Shown: positions 39,665-51,188 of the stretch, one piece after another | Position numbering within the stretch: position 1 is the stretch's first letter | Layout of the letters: every line of letters begins with the position of its first letter | NCBI GenBank assembly: GCA_964016885.1 | Contig: OZ024743.1 | Location: 23,312,001 to 23,376,000 of the forward strand | Source: Eledone cirrhosa | Lineage: Eukaryota | Direction of reading: 5' to 3' | DNA: 64,000 bases | The notes under the pieces: model-generated | Databases searched by the model: none | Told to the model about the DNA's origin: nothing | What the model saw: only the letters and a program-made list of their open reading frames with translations | Made by a program: the position numbers and the translations under genes

Positions 39665-42600
39665 TGTATATTTGTTTGTTTGTATGTTTGTCCTTTATCT
39701 ACGTTCATCTGAAACAGACGAGCAACGTGAAGCAAGATTGGAAACGAATCGACTACGCAATGCTCTCACCAGAAGAATACTGCACGATGATTTAAATCTT
39801 GGTGCATTTCATTACGATTCAAATTATGATTACAGTCTTCATCCAAGTGTGATTATTGGAAAAATGGATCAAGCAAGGAAAAAATATGCATTACGAGCTT
39901 CAGAAACAGACGAGCAACGGGAAGCAAGATTGGAAACGAATCGACTACGCAATGCTGGAGCCCGTTCATCTGAAACAGACGAGCAACGGGAAGCAAGATG
40001 GCAAACCGTTCGAGTAAGAACTGCTCAAGCCCCTTCATCTGAAACAGACGAGCAACGTGAAGCAAGATTGCAAACCGTTCGAGTAAGAACTGCTCAAGCC
40101 CGTTCATCTGAAACAGACGAGCAACGTGAAGCAAGATTGGAAACGAATCGACTACGCAATGCTCTCACCAGAAGAATACTGCACGATGATTTAAATCTTG
40201 GTGCATTTCATTACGATTCAAATTATGATTACAGTCTTCATCCAAGTGTGATTATTGGAAAAATGGATCAAGCAAGGAAAAAATATGCATTACGAGCTTC
40301 AGAAACAGACGAGCAACGGGAAGCAAGATTGGAAACGAATCGACTACGCAATGCTGGAGCCCGTTCATCTGAAACAGACGAGCAACGGGAAGCAAGATGG
40401 CAAACCGTTCGAGTAAGAACTGCTCAAGCCCCTTCATCTGAAACAAACGAGCAACGGGAAGCAAGAGTGGAAACGAATCGACTACGCAATGCTCTCACCA
40501 GAAGAATACTGCACGATGATTTAAATCTTGGTGCATTTCATTACGATTCAAATTATGATTACAGTCTTCATCCAAGTGTGATTATTGGAAAAATGGATAA
40601 ATTATGCGGGTATTGTGGTGCCCTCAAATTTAAAAATGAAACACCAGGAATGTGCTGCTCGGGTGGAAAAGTGAAATTGCCAGAATTACATCCACCACCT
40701 GAACCATTATCAACGTTAGTATCAGGTGACACAAGCGAATCTAAACATTTCTTGGCAAACATACGCAAGTACAATTCATGTTTCCAAATGACATCGTTCG
40801 GTGCAACAAATATCGTGCGCGAGAATTACATGCCAACATTCAAAGTGCAAGGGCAAATTTATCATCGTGCTGGATCACTACTACCACTGCCGGACGCAGA
40901 TCACAAATTTCTTCAAATTTATTTCATGGGAAACACTGATGACCAAATAGATCAACGTTGCAAATTCAATACGGGAACTAAACGAGAAATTGTTACTGCA
41001 TTACAAACTTTATTCAATCAACACAACAAATTAATTCGATTGTTCAGAGCTGCCCTTGAACAAATGCCAAGTGATGACTACACAATTGTAGTTAGAGCAG
41101 ACAAAACACCTGTTGGCCAACATCAAAGACAGTACAATGCACCAACAATTGATGAAGTGGCGATCGTTATTGTAGGTGAAGAATTTAACTCGCGCGATAT
41201 AATTCTTCACCGCAGAAATGGTGATGTTCAGCGAGTCTCAGAAACGCATCGGTCATACGATGGTTTGCAATATCCGATTTTATTTTGGCAAGGAGAAGAT
41301 GGATATCATTTCAACATCAAACTGAGAAATCCACAAACAGATGAGGAAACGAATAAGAAAGTCAGTGCCATGAATTATTATTCATATAGATTAATGATTC
41401 GTGAAAACGGTAAAAATCATATTTTGAAATGTCGACAATTATTCCATCAATACATTGTCGATATGTATGCAAAAATCGAAACCGAACGACTCCTCTACAT
41501 TCGATTGAATCATACCAAGCTACGTTCAGAAGAGTACATTCATTTACGTGATGCCATTGTTAATGATGGCAATATGAATCCTAATGAATTGGGGAAAATG
41601 GTCATACTGCCGGCTACATTTACAGGGAGCCCACGGCACATGCATGAATACGCACAAGATGCAATACATATGTTCGCGCATATGGTCGTCCAGATTTTTT
41701 TATTACATTCACATGCAATCCTACGTGGGATGAAATTAAAGAACTTTTGTTACCTGGTCAATTGTCTTCGGATCGTTATGATATTACAGCACGTGTGTTC
41801 AAACAAAAATTGAAATCTTTAACGGATTTAATTGTCAAGCATCATATTTTTGGAGAGACACGCTGTTGGATGTTTTCCATTGAATGGCAAAAAAGAGGAT
41901 TGCCACATGCACACATTTTGATTTGGTTAATTGAAAAAGTCACACCAGATCAAATTGATCAAATCATCTCAGCAGAAATTCCAGATGTCGACGTTGATCC
42001 AGACTTATTTGAAGTCGTCACTAAAAACATGATTCATGGTCCATGTGGCTTACTCAACAACAATTCACCATGCATGTCTGATGGGAAATGCACGAAACAA
42101 TACCCAAGAGACTTAGTTGCCGAGACTATCACTGGCAATGACGGATATCCACTCTATCGTGAGACGAGCAACTGAAGATGGCGGCAAATCCATCACTTTA
42201 AAAGTACGAAACAATTATGTTGAAGTCGATAATCGTTGGGTTGTACCATATTCACCGTTACTCTCAAAGACGTTCAAAGCACACATCAATGTCGAGTATT
42301 GCAATTCGGTGAAAGTGATCAAGTACATTTGTAAATATATCAACAAAGGAAGCGATATGGCAGTTTTTGGAGTATGCAATGCAAATGCATCTATCGATGA
42401 AATCGACCAATACCAACTGGGACGCTACATTAGTAGTAATGAAGCAGTATGGCGCATTTTATCATTTCCAATCCATTATCGACATCCAACAGTTGTTCAT
42501 TTGGCGGTGCACCTTGAAAATGGACAGCGCGTATACTTCACAACTGAAAATATACGTGCAAGGGCATTGACACCACCGCCAACAACGTTAACTGCGTTTT

Positions 42601-44868
42601 TCTCCTTGTGCAGTGAAGATGTGTTTGCAAAGACACTACTTTATTCTGAAGTGCCAACATATTACACATGGAATACATCAACGAAAAAGCTTAAACGTCG
42701 CAAACAGGGTAAAGTAGTTGAAGGACATCCCAATTTATATTCGACCGACGCGTTAGGCCGTTTGTACACTGTTCACCCAAATAATGCAGAATGCTTTTAC
42801 TTGCGATTATTGTTAATCAACGTACGTGGACCGACATCATTCCAAGGATTGAGAACAGTAAACGGTCAAGTCTGTGCCACTTATCGTGAAGCTTGCCAAA
42901 AATTAAATCTTCTTGAAAATGATGGACATTGGGACACTTCACTCGCTGATGCATCGAATACTGCTCGACCACAGCAAATACGCACGTTATTCGCAATAAT
43001 ATTGACAACGTGCTTCCCATCAAATCCAAAAGATCTTTGGGAAAAATACAAAGACTACACGAGTGAAGACATCCTACATCGTTTGCGTGCAACAAATCAA
43101 AATCTGAATATTCAATTCACACCAATCGTGTATAATGAAGCATTGGTTTCGATTGAGGTCATATGTTTAGCAATCGCTAACAAAACACTGGTACAATTGG
43201 GAATGCCTGCGCCGAATCGATCTGTAAACGACATTTTCGATCGTGATTTGCAACGAGAAACAAACTTTGATGTCGCCGAATTGGGTACATTTGTTCAAAC
43301 GAATCTTCTGAAATTGGTACCAGAACAACGCATAGTATATGACAAAATTATGCAGGCAATTACAAATCAAAGCGGCGGATTGTATTTTATAGATGCGCCC
43401 GGTGGTACAGGCAAAACTTTTCTCATTTCACTTATTTTGGCAACTATACGATCACAAAATAATATTGCACTGGCAATCGCATCATCTGGAATTGCGGCAA
43501 CTCTTTTGGATAGTTGCCGAACTGCACATTCAGCACTGAAATTGTCATTGAATATGCAAATCACTGAGACACCAACATGCAATATCACCAAAAATTCTGG
43601 TATAGGTAAAGTACTCCAATCATGTCAAATCATTATATGGGACGAATGTACTATGGCGCACAAAAAATCATTGGAAGCGCTTAATAACACACTAAAAGAT
43701 TTGAAAGGAAATGAACAGCTCTTCGGTGGCACACTCATTTTATTGTCTGGTGATTTTCGACAAACTCTACCAGTTATACCGCGATCAACACCTGCTGATG
43801 AGCTTAATGCATGTCTCAAATCATCAGTTTTATGGCGACACGTACAGAAATTAACTTTAAAAACCAATATGCGTGTACAACTACAAAATGATGCATCCGC
43901 TGAACGTTTCACAAAACAATTGCTGGATATTGGGAATGGGAAAATAGTAATCGATGATCTCCACAAAATGTATGACATTGCCAACAAACTTCTGTAGAAT
44001 CACGGCAACCAGAGACGAACTGATTCACAAAGTTTTCCCAAATATCGCGCAGCATTACAAAATTCATCAGTGGCTCAATGCACGTGCTATATTAGCAGCC
44101 AAAAACAACGATGTCAATGCCATTAATTTCAGCATTCAAAACAAAATACCAGGCGAAGCGACAACGTATAAGTCCATCGATACTGTAATGAATCAAGACG
44201 AAATTATCAATTATCCAACTGAATTCTTGAATTCACTTGATTTGCCAGGCATGCCACCGCACATTTTAACATTGAAAATTGGCGTGCCTATCATCCTTCT
44301 CCGAAACATCAATCCACCACAACTTTGCAACGGTACCAGGCTTTCAGTGAAAAAGATGATGAACAATATCATCGAAGCTACAATTTTAAATGGAAAATTA
44401 AAAGAAGATGTACTGTTGCCACGCATCCCAATGATTCCGACAGATACGCCATTCGAATTCAAACGTTTGCAGTTTCCGGTGCGACTCGCCTTTGCAATGA
44501 CTATCAACAAAGCACAAGGACAATCGCTACAAGTGTGTGGACTAAATTTAGAAAATCCATGCTTCTCACATGGACAGCTGTATGTGGCTTGCTCACGCGT
44601 CGGTAAACCTTCTGATTTATTCGTGTACGCACCAGAAGGAAAAACAAAAAACATTGTGTATCCAAAAGCACTTCAGTAAAATAAATTAAATGTTCTTATA
44701 ACGAGTTTTCTTTAAATTCATCAGTCATTCAGTCATTTAAAGATAAATGTTAAGATCTAAAAAATAGAAACTAAATTAGAGAAGTTTTTAAATAACGATT
44801 AAAATTTTAATATTATTGTTTTCTAAATAAGCTTTTTAACACCGAGTGAAGCCGGGTAGCTCCGCTAG
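39619..44868 (+). mobile_element. Helitron with frameshifted Rep/PIF1-helicase ORF
   Basis: A|TC 5' end; STPR-like repeats SETDEQREARL; Zn finger CGYCGAL..MCC; HUH LPHAHILIW; Y2 motif YICKYINKG; Walker A DAPGGTGKT, IIWDECTM, GDFRQ, FAMTINKAQGQ, HGQLYVACSRV; 3' hairpin ccgagtgaagccggg then CTAG|T at 44865-44868; three frameshifts (~41.67, ~42.16, ~43.96 kb). Confidence 0.95.
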
Positions 44869-45261
44869 TAAACAAATAAATAAACAAATATAAACACACA
44901 CAGACACTCGGATGTAACACATGCACAAACTAAGCACGCAACACACACAAAAACAAGATGGCGTAGGACAGAACAAAGGAGAGGCACAAAAACAAAGAAA
45001 AGAATCCCCAGTCACTGAAGAGGTCACAGAATGTGTGACGAAAGAACTTTGACAATATATGAACAACTGTCCGGTTATGGAACCAACCAACCAACCGGAA
45101 ATTTATAAATTCTTAAATTTATAAATTTAATTTATAATAAATTGGAGTGAAAGCAACTGGTGTGTGTGTTTCTTATTGGCAACATGACCCTCCCAAAGCA
45201 TAACAATATCGGTTTCAACACACGTTTTCAGATAAAGAATCTTGCTAAAAAAATTCAGAAA

Positions 45262-45335
<74 letters not shown>

Positions 45336-45340
<5 letters not shown>

Positions 45341-45457
45341 AACCAGTAAGACCCCGACAGCTGAGCTCAAGCCGTTTCGACGGCTAATTCTGGACAGAGT
45401 CCAGAATTAGCCGTCGAAACGGCTTGAGCTCAGCCGTCGGGGTCTTACTTGTTCCTA
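45336..45457. repeat. ~120-bp near-perfect palindrome containing a hammerhead 3' half
   Basis: Centre ctggac-aga-gtccag; contains GAAAC-GGCTTGAGCTCAGCC-GTC; follows (TA)n. Confidence 0.8.
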
Positions 45458-45535
45458 TTACCCACTCTACTACCCTAAGTATTGAGTACTTTGGTGCGTT
45501 ATGGTCCACCTGGTTCCTTACCACATTTCCTTCGT

Positions 45536-45567
<32 letters not shown>

Positions 45568-45729
45568 AAGGATAACAAAATATCGTTATAGGTAATCCAG
45601 TTAGAGGTTGTGAATACTTCTTATTATGGATAGTTTTAGCGTACGGCGTTGTTTGACTCAACAAGAGGTTTACGTAGATGTCAAGTTTATGATTTCACTT
45701 GTATTCCTATGTAAGTTTATCTTGGGGTA

Positions 45730-47110
45730 ATAAAATTGAAAAAGTGGAGAATAACATGGTCAACAGTACAAAAAAGGGGGATTTATTTACAGTCTAACAA
45801 TTGTTTCACTGAAAATAGTTCTTTCAATTTTACTGTTAAGAAGAACTATTTTCTGTCGACATAAATCGGCGACCAAATTTGAGAGCTTTAGACCAGCTTA
45901 ATTCCATCTTATCTATTCCATAACCCAGATTGTACCTCTTGGATCTATTATGATATCACATTATCAGCATCATCATCATTATGATTCTGATTATGATTAT
46001 AATTGTCATCATCTATCAAAGAACAACATCAAAACCTCTTATATTTACATTCTTATTTTGTATATCTCTATCTTTCACTCTCTATCTTTATATTTCTCTC
46101 CCTAAATTTATTTCATCTCTGTCATTTTATTTTATCATATAATATAACTTAAAACTAATTAATTTATTTATTTATTAAAATAAACAATACACACATAAAT
46201 ATATTTAACATCATATTTATATATTTAACATCATATTTTTACCTTCATATCTCTCCATATATTTTAACAATTCTCAAAAACCACTCTCAATAATTTTAAT
46301 GTTTAAATATTCTTCGCACATTTTTACTTCTTTTACGTATTTATTTTCATTTTTCATTTTTCACATTTTATACCATTTTATATCTCATTAGATGTAATTT
46401 ATTTATTTATTTATTTATTTATCAAATTTTATATATTTTTTATATATTTTTATATATTTTTTATATATTTATTTTTATTTTTATTTACATTTATTCATGT
46501 ATTAACGTTTATTCATTTATTTTTCCCTTTATTTTTCTTTCTATCCTACGTTATTTCTACTTATGCCATGCTTTGGCGCATAGAGTTACGGCCTTTGCCA
46601 TTCTGAGTTCAAATCCCGCCGAGGTTAACTTTGCCTTTCATCCTTACGGGGTCGATAAAATAAAGTACCAGTAATACACTGGGTAATTGCTGGCCTTGTG
46701 CCTAACGTAGAAACAGTTATTTATACTTATGCTTGTCTCTCCTCTGTCTACCATCATTTTCTATATATTTTCTTCTCTTTATTTTTCTCTGTAATAATTT
46801 CTCCTTTTTCTTCTTCTTTTTCCTTTCCTTTCTTTCTTTACTGTATCTATCCCCCTTTCTTCCTTCTTTTCTCTCTATATCTTTATTATTGATGATGTAA
46901 TTTGAATTTCTAAATTTGCCGGTTATATATATTTTTTATAACAGTTTCGAAGATCTGATCGAGCTAACATCGTATTTAAAATTGAGTGGCACTGCTTCTA
47001 GTGTTCAGCAATTTTTAGACAACTTTATCAGTGAAACAATTGCTAGACTGTAAATAAAACCCCCTTTTTTTGTACTGTTGACCATGTTATTCTCCACTTT
47101 TTCAATTTTA
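45730..47110 (+). mobile_element. Penelope-like element 3' remnant with inverted pseudo-LTR
   Basis: ~80-bp inverted repeat (45730-45812 and 47029-47110); ORF-end remnant FCRHKSATKF at ~45850; AT-rich tail; degenerate hammerhead (GAAAC-AATT-G); a SINE is nested at ~46570-46720. Confidence 0.65.
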
Positions 47111-47696
47111 TATCTATATATATATATATAATATATTATAGACTAAAAATGACAGGAGGCCTCCTGTCATTTTACTCTATAATCCAACAGGATTCAACAT
47201 CAAAAATGGATGAGTTGCGTAATGTTGAGTGCTTTCCTACTATTACATCATGGTTAACATTGCAGTATGACCAATTGTATCCAATGGTGAAACACCCAAA
47301 TTAAACATATATATATCATTCGCATTTCGTATGGCTCACCCTGTAAAAATGTAGATAGTTTTGTAGCACACTCAGTTATAACCACATCATATGTTTTGGT
47401 GATAGTTGGCCAATCACAATGCGCCATAACTGTCAGCACAAAACTCACTAATTTTGCTTTTGGCACCTCATTTCAGCCAATCACAAACTAATTGGTTCCT
47501 TACGTTAAGCTTTAAAATACATTACTTGAGCCTTATTTTGAAGTTAAAAAAATAACTACAAATAGCAGTCAATCACGCTGTCAGAGGCCATTTGGAGATC
47601 GATACAAGTTCACTTGATTTTTGTCTTTTTTTGTATGTCTTTCTTGCCACATCGTTGGTTTTTTGTTATTATTGCATGTACCCTGACGTCGTATTA

Positions 47697-48486
47697 TCTA
47701 TATATATAAAACAGAGGATGTCTGTGTGTCTGTTTCCCTAAAACTCGAGAAGTACCCAACCGGTTTTTTTCAAACTTTATACATGTAACTCGTATGACCC
47801 CGGAAGTGTTTTGAGCAAAAAAGTTTTCAAATTTTCAATGCCCTAGGGACCGCAGTAGGCGATTTAGCGATCTCTTTCTCTTTCTCTTAGTCTTTCTCTT
47901 TTTAGATAGATACATAGATATGACGTCGCGCCTTCATAATATCTGTCTGTATGCCTGACTGTCTGCATTACGTCATTATGACGCGATCAGTGTGTGTGTG
48001 TATATATATTCTTATGCCAGGGAACGTCTTCACGAACCAAAGTATCGTCTTCCTGTTTTCCAGATTGATTTTTTTAGTTTAAGAAGATCCCGTTAAGGTT
48101 GAAAGCAGCGATTCTTTGCTTAAACATTAATATGTTATTTTAATATAGATATTCGTGTACAGATATTTTTGCATACACAAAAACAAAATATAAACAAACA
48201 AGGCCAAAGATTACATCAATTAGTCTTAGTGTATGTACTTCATACTGCTTTTAGGTAGAGTATCCCGTTAAGGGTGAAAGCAGTGATTCTTTGCTTAAAC
48301 TTTAGTCTGTTATTTTAATATATATATATATATATAATTATATATTTATGGACAGATATTTTTGCATACACAATAACAAAATATAAACAAACGTATTTAT
48401 TTCACGAGGTTCGATAAGGATAAATATATATCAAATATATAAGAACCCTATAGCAAATCCCGAGCAACGCCGGGCCATTCTGCTAG
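47697..48486 (+). mobile_element. Non-autonomous Helitron-like element
   Basis: 5' TCTATATATATAAAAC...; 3' hairpin cccgagcaacgccggg then tgCTAG|T. Related pieces at 4250-4820, 10495-10600, 16115-16470 and 59500-60449. Confidence 0.7.
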
Positions 48487-49265
48487 TATACATTATATTT
48501 ACAAACAAGTTGACGAATTGGTAGAGTCATTAAGGTGTCGCATTAAACTGTTTCGGTATTTGCATCAGCTTACTGTGCTCTGAGTTCAAATACTGCTGCA
48601 GTTAACTTTGCTTTTCATCTTTTCGAGGTCAATAAATAAAGTATCATTCCAATAATGGGTTTGATTCTCCCACTTTTTCTGGAAGAAATTGATTGTGTTC
48701 TGACATAGAGAGGGATTGACTCCACGAGATTTAAAATGCCAAAGAAATGCCATGTATCAGAATGGCAACCCTACAACTCCAGCAGAAGTTACAAGCCCTG
48801 TATTTTACCTATATATACAATCATCTCTTCTTGAATTTCTTTAACTTTATAAAAACAAAATAAATTTGGAAATATTCCTCATTTTCATAATCACACTCTA
48901 CAAATGACATTTGCTGTGTTGACTTTATATAAAAGATAACAACAAAAAAACACATGCTGTATATTTTCCTAAATTCGACATGTGTTAGTTTGGGACAATA
49001 TATTTAATTTTATGAAGCTCAGATAAGCAAGCTGTAAAGAATGTCTCTCTGATCTCCAGGTAATGTAACTAATGATAAGCTCTCATTCTATCCAGGGTAA
49101 TCAGTGGCTTATTAATGCTATTTTCTTAAAACTAGGAAAATACAGTGAAGCTAAATACTGAACTATATGAGCAACATGGTGTCCCTGCAACATGGTGTCC
49201 CTGCAGAAATTTTAGGTTTTATGAAACAATTAAAAAATGTAGACAATATAAGAAATCTGTGTTAC

Positions 49266-49383
49266 CAGTTCCAATGATTTCAAACTCTATTTCACAGTGT
49301 TCTGATTCAAAAACTGAAATATTCACTGATGATGCAATTATATTCTGTAGCTTTAAAGGATTACCACTAAACATAGGAATCCA
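49266..49383 (-). CDS. Host gene internal exon (118 nt)
   Basis: Acceptor ttttattttcag|TGG, donor G|gtaaca; phase 0-1; WIPMFSGNPLKLQNIIASSVNISVFESEHCEIEFEIIGT. The end is weakly reminiscent of a discoidin/F5-8C final strand. Confidence 0.75.
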
Positions 49384-49477
49384 CTGAAAATAAAATTACA
49401 CGAAATTAAAATACATACACTTACACACACGACTGACTATATAGTTTTGTTTTTTAGCATATATATATCATCATTCA

Positions 49478-49810
49478 TCATTTCATTTTACGTCCGCTTT
49501 TTCCATGCTTGCAAGGGTGGGACGGGAACTGATGCTGGCTTTATTTCTACAGCTGGATGTCCTTCCTAACACCAACCTCATTTACAGTGAGTGCTGGGTG
49601 CTTTTTTGCCGTAGCACCTACACGACCACTTTGCAGTGGAATGATAGGGACCCCAGTCCCTATCATCTCATTTCTACAGCTGAGTAAACTGGAGCAATGT
49701 GAAATAAAGTGTCTTGCTCAAGGAAACAACACATCACCCGGTCTGAGAATTGAACTCACAACCTTTCGATTGCAAGGCCAATGCTCTAACCACTAAGCCA
49801 TGTGCCTCCA
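49478..49810 (-). mobile_element. Second SINE family (tRNA head, RTE-derived 3' tail)
   Basis: Head tggcttagtggttagagca...gagttcaattc (A/B boxes); tail matches the LINE 3' end. Related copies at 54498-54955 (+), 10860-11095 (-) and 57200-57420 (-). Confidence 0.8.
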
Positions 49811-49844
49811 TTAACAACACATCACCCGGTGTGTGTGTGTGTGT

Positions 49845-49901
<57 letters not shown>

Positions 49902-50029
49902 AAAGTTCTACTTAAATTGTTGGGATACAACAAGCAAATATTTTTATAACTGATATAAAGCACTCAACAAATATTTGGAGTAAAAATACGATATTAACAA
50001 ATGGAAACTATATTTATAAAACCATATTT

Positions 50030-50092
50030 ATTTCATTATACATATTTCAAGGACACCAAGTTAAATTATGGTGTGCTTTCATCAGACAAAAT
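50030..50092 (-). ncRNA. Mirror-copy hammerhead motif in the left arm of the fold-back
   Basis: Exact reverse complement of 50259-50321. Confidence 0.75.
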
Positions 50093-50258
50093 AAAATATA
50101 GATCAGTTTTATAAATAAATATTGACATACCCTTAAAAAATGCAACCATTACTGTTGGAAGCTCCCGGATAGTGGAGTTGTTTAATTATATTCCAACAGT
50201 AATGGTTGCATTTTTTAAGGGTATGTCAATATTTATTCATAAAACTGATCTATATTAT

Positions 50259-50321
50259 ATTTTGTCTGATGAAAGCACACCATAATTTAACTTGGTGTCC
50301 TTGAAATATGTATAATGAAAT
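50259..50321 (+). ncRNA. Minimal type I hammerhead ribozyme motif (Penelope-like)
   Basis: attttgt-CTGATGA-aagcacacca/tggtgtcctt (stem II)-GAAA-T-ATGT-ATA-atgaaat; all core residues present; stem I has two GU pairs; predicted cut after 50314. Confidence 0.75.
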
Positions 50322-50361
50322 AAATATGGTTTTATAAATATAGTTTCCATTTGTTAATATC

Positions 50362-50415
<54 letters not shown>

Positions 50416-51033
50416 AATGTAACCTCCAATTCACCAGAGTGAGCAGTCGATGCGTAGTTTCCAGTAAGTATAGAGGTGTCGGACAAACCAGATATATATA
50501 TAACAAATGGTGTACTCATGTACCGGGATGCTATAAAATAGCTTATGAAATATAAAGATGGAAAAAGAAGTTGCCATTGTCCACTATGAGGAATCAAACC
50601 CCATAACATCCTGATACCAGCTAGGCGCTTTAAACCATTTAGCCAAGATACTTGTGTATGACAGATAGCTTTCTCAGAACAGTTAATTTTTATTCTTCTA
50701 CAACAAGATTGAATAATATCCTACTCAGAAATAAACTGTATTAACTTCAATTGGTTTGATCCAAAACAAATATAAACCTTGTCTCCAAGATACTGTAGAA
50801 GCTGGAATAAGAGTCCAGTTTATGTAGCCCAGCTTTTGTATTTAGGATTATGTCAAAACTGCATTTAAGCAAGAGTTCCACACATTTATCTAACCAACAG
50901 GCAACCAGTAAATACACTCAGACATTAACCCACCCTATCTATTGTTTTAAACATGAAAATGAAAGTATGATTAAGAATGAATATAAAATGAGAATTTACA
51001 CCAAAATATGAATTTAATGAAGAATCTACTCAC

Positions 51034-51188
51034 CTTAATATCGTCATTGTGATCAAATTTGACATTTGCAGCTGATAATGTGCAGCTTGAGATCCAATAT
51101 ATTTCAGAGACATTGTAAAAATCAAGAAATGTGAAGGCCCATACTGTGTCAAATATACCCGGAAACTCATATACTCTGGTGAAATTGA
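51034..51188 (-). CDS. Host gene internal exon (155 nt)
   Basis: Acceptor tttttgttttgcag|TC, donor AAG|gtgagt; phase 1-0, matching the next exon; (V)NFTRVYEFPGIFDTVWAFTFLDFYNVSEIYWISSCTLSAANVKFDHNDDIK. Confidence 0.8.

Larger units (their letters stand above)
49987..50364. repeat. Long fold-back palindrome (~175-bp arms, 30-bp spacer)
   Basis: Arms 49987-50160 and 50191-50364; abuts (TA)n. Confidence 0.9.

Noticed and set aside
47254-47340. Candidate exon after a tttttacag acceptor
   Set aside because: The required phase-1 frame hits TGA immediately
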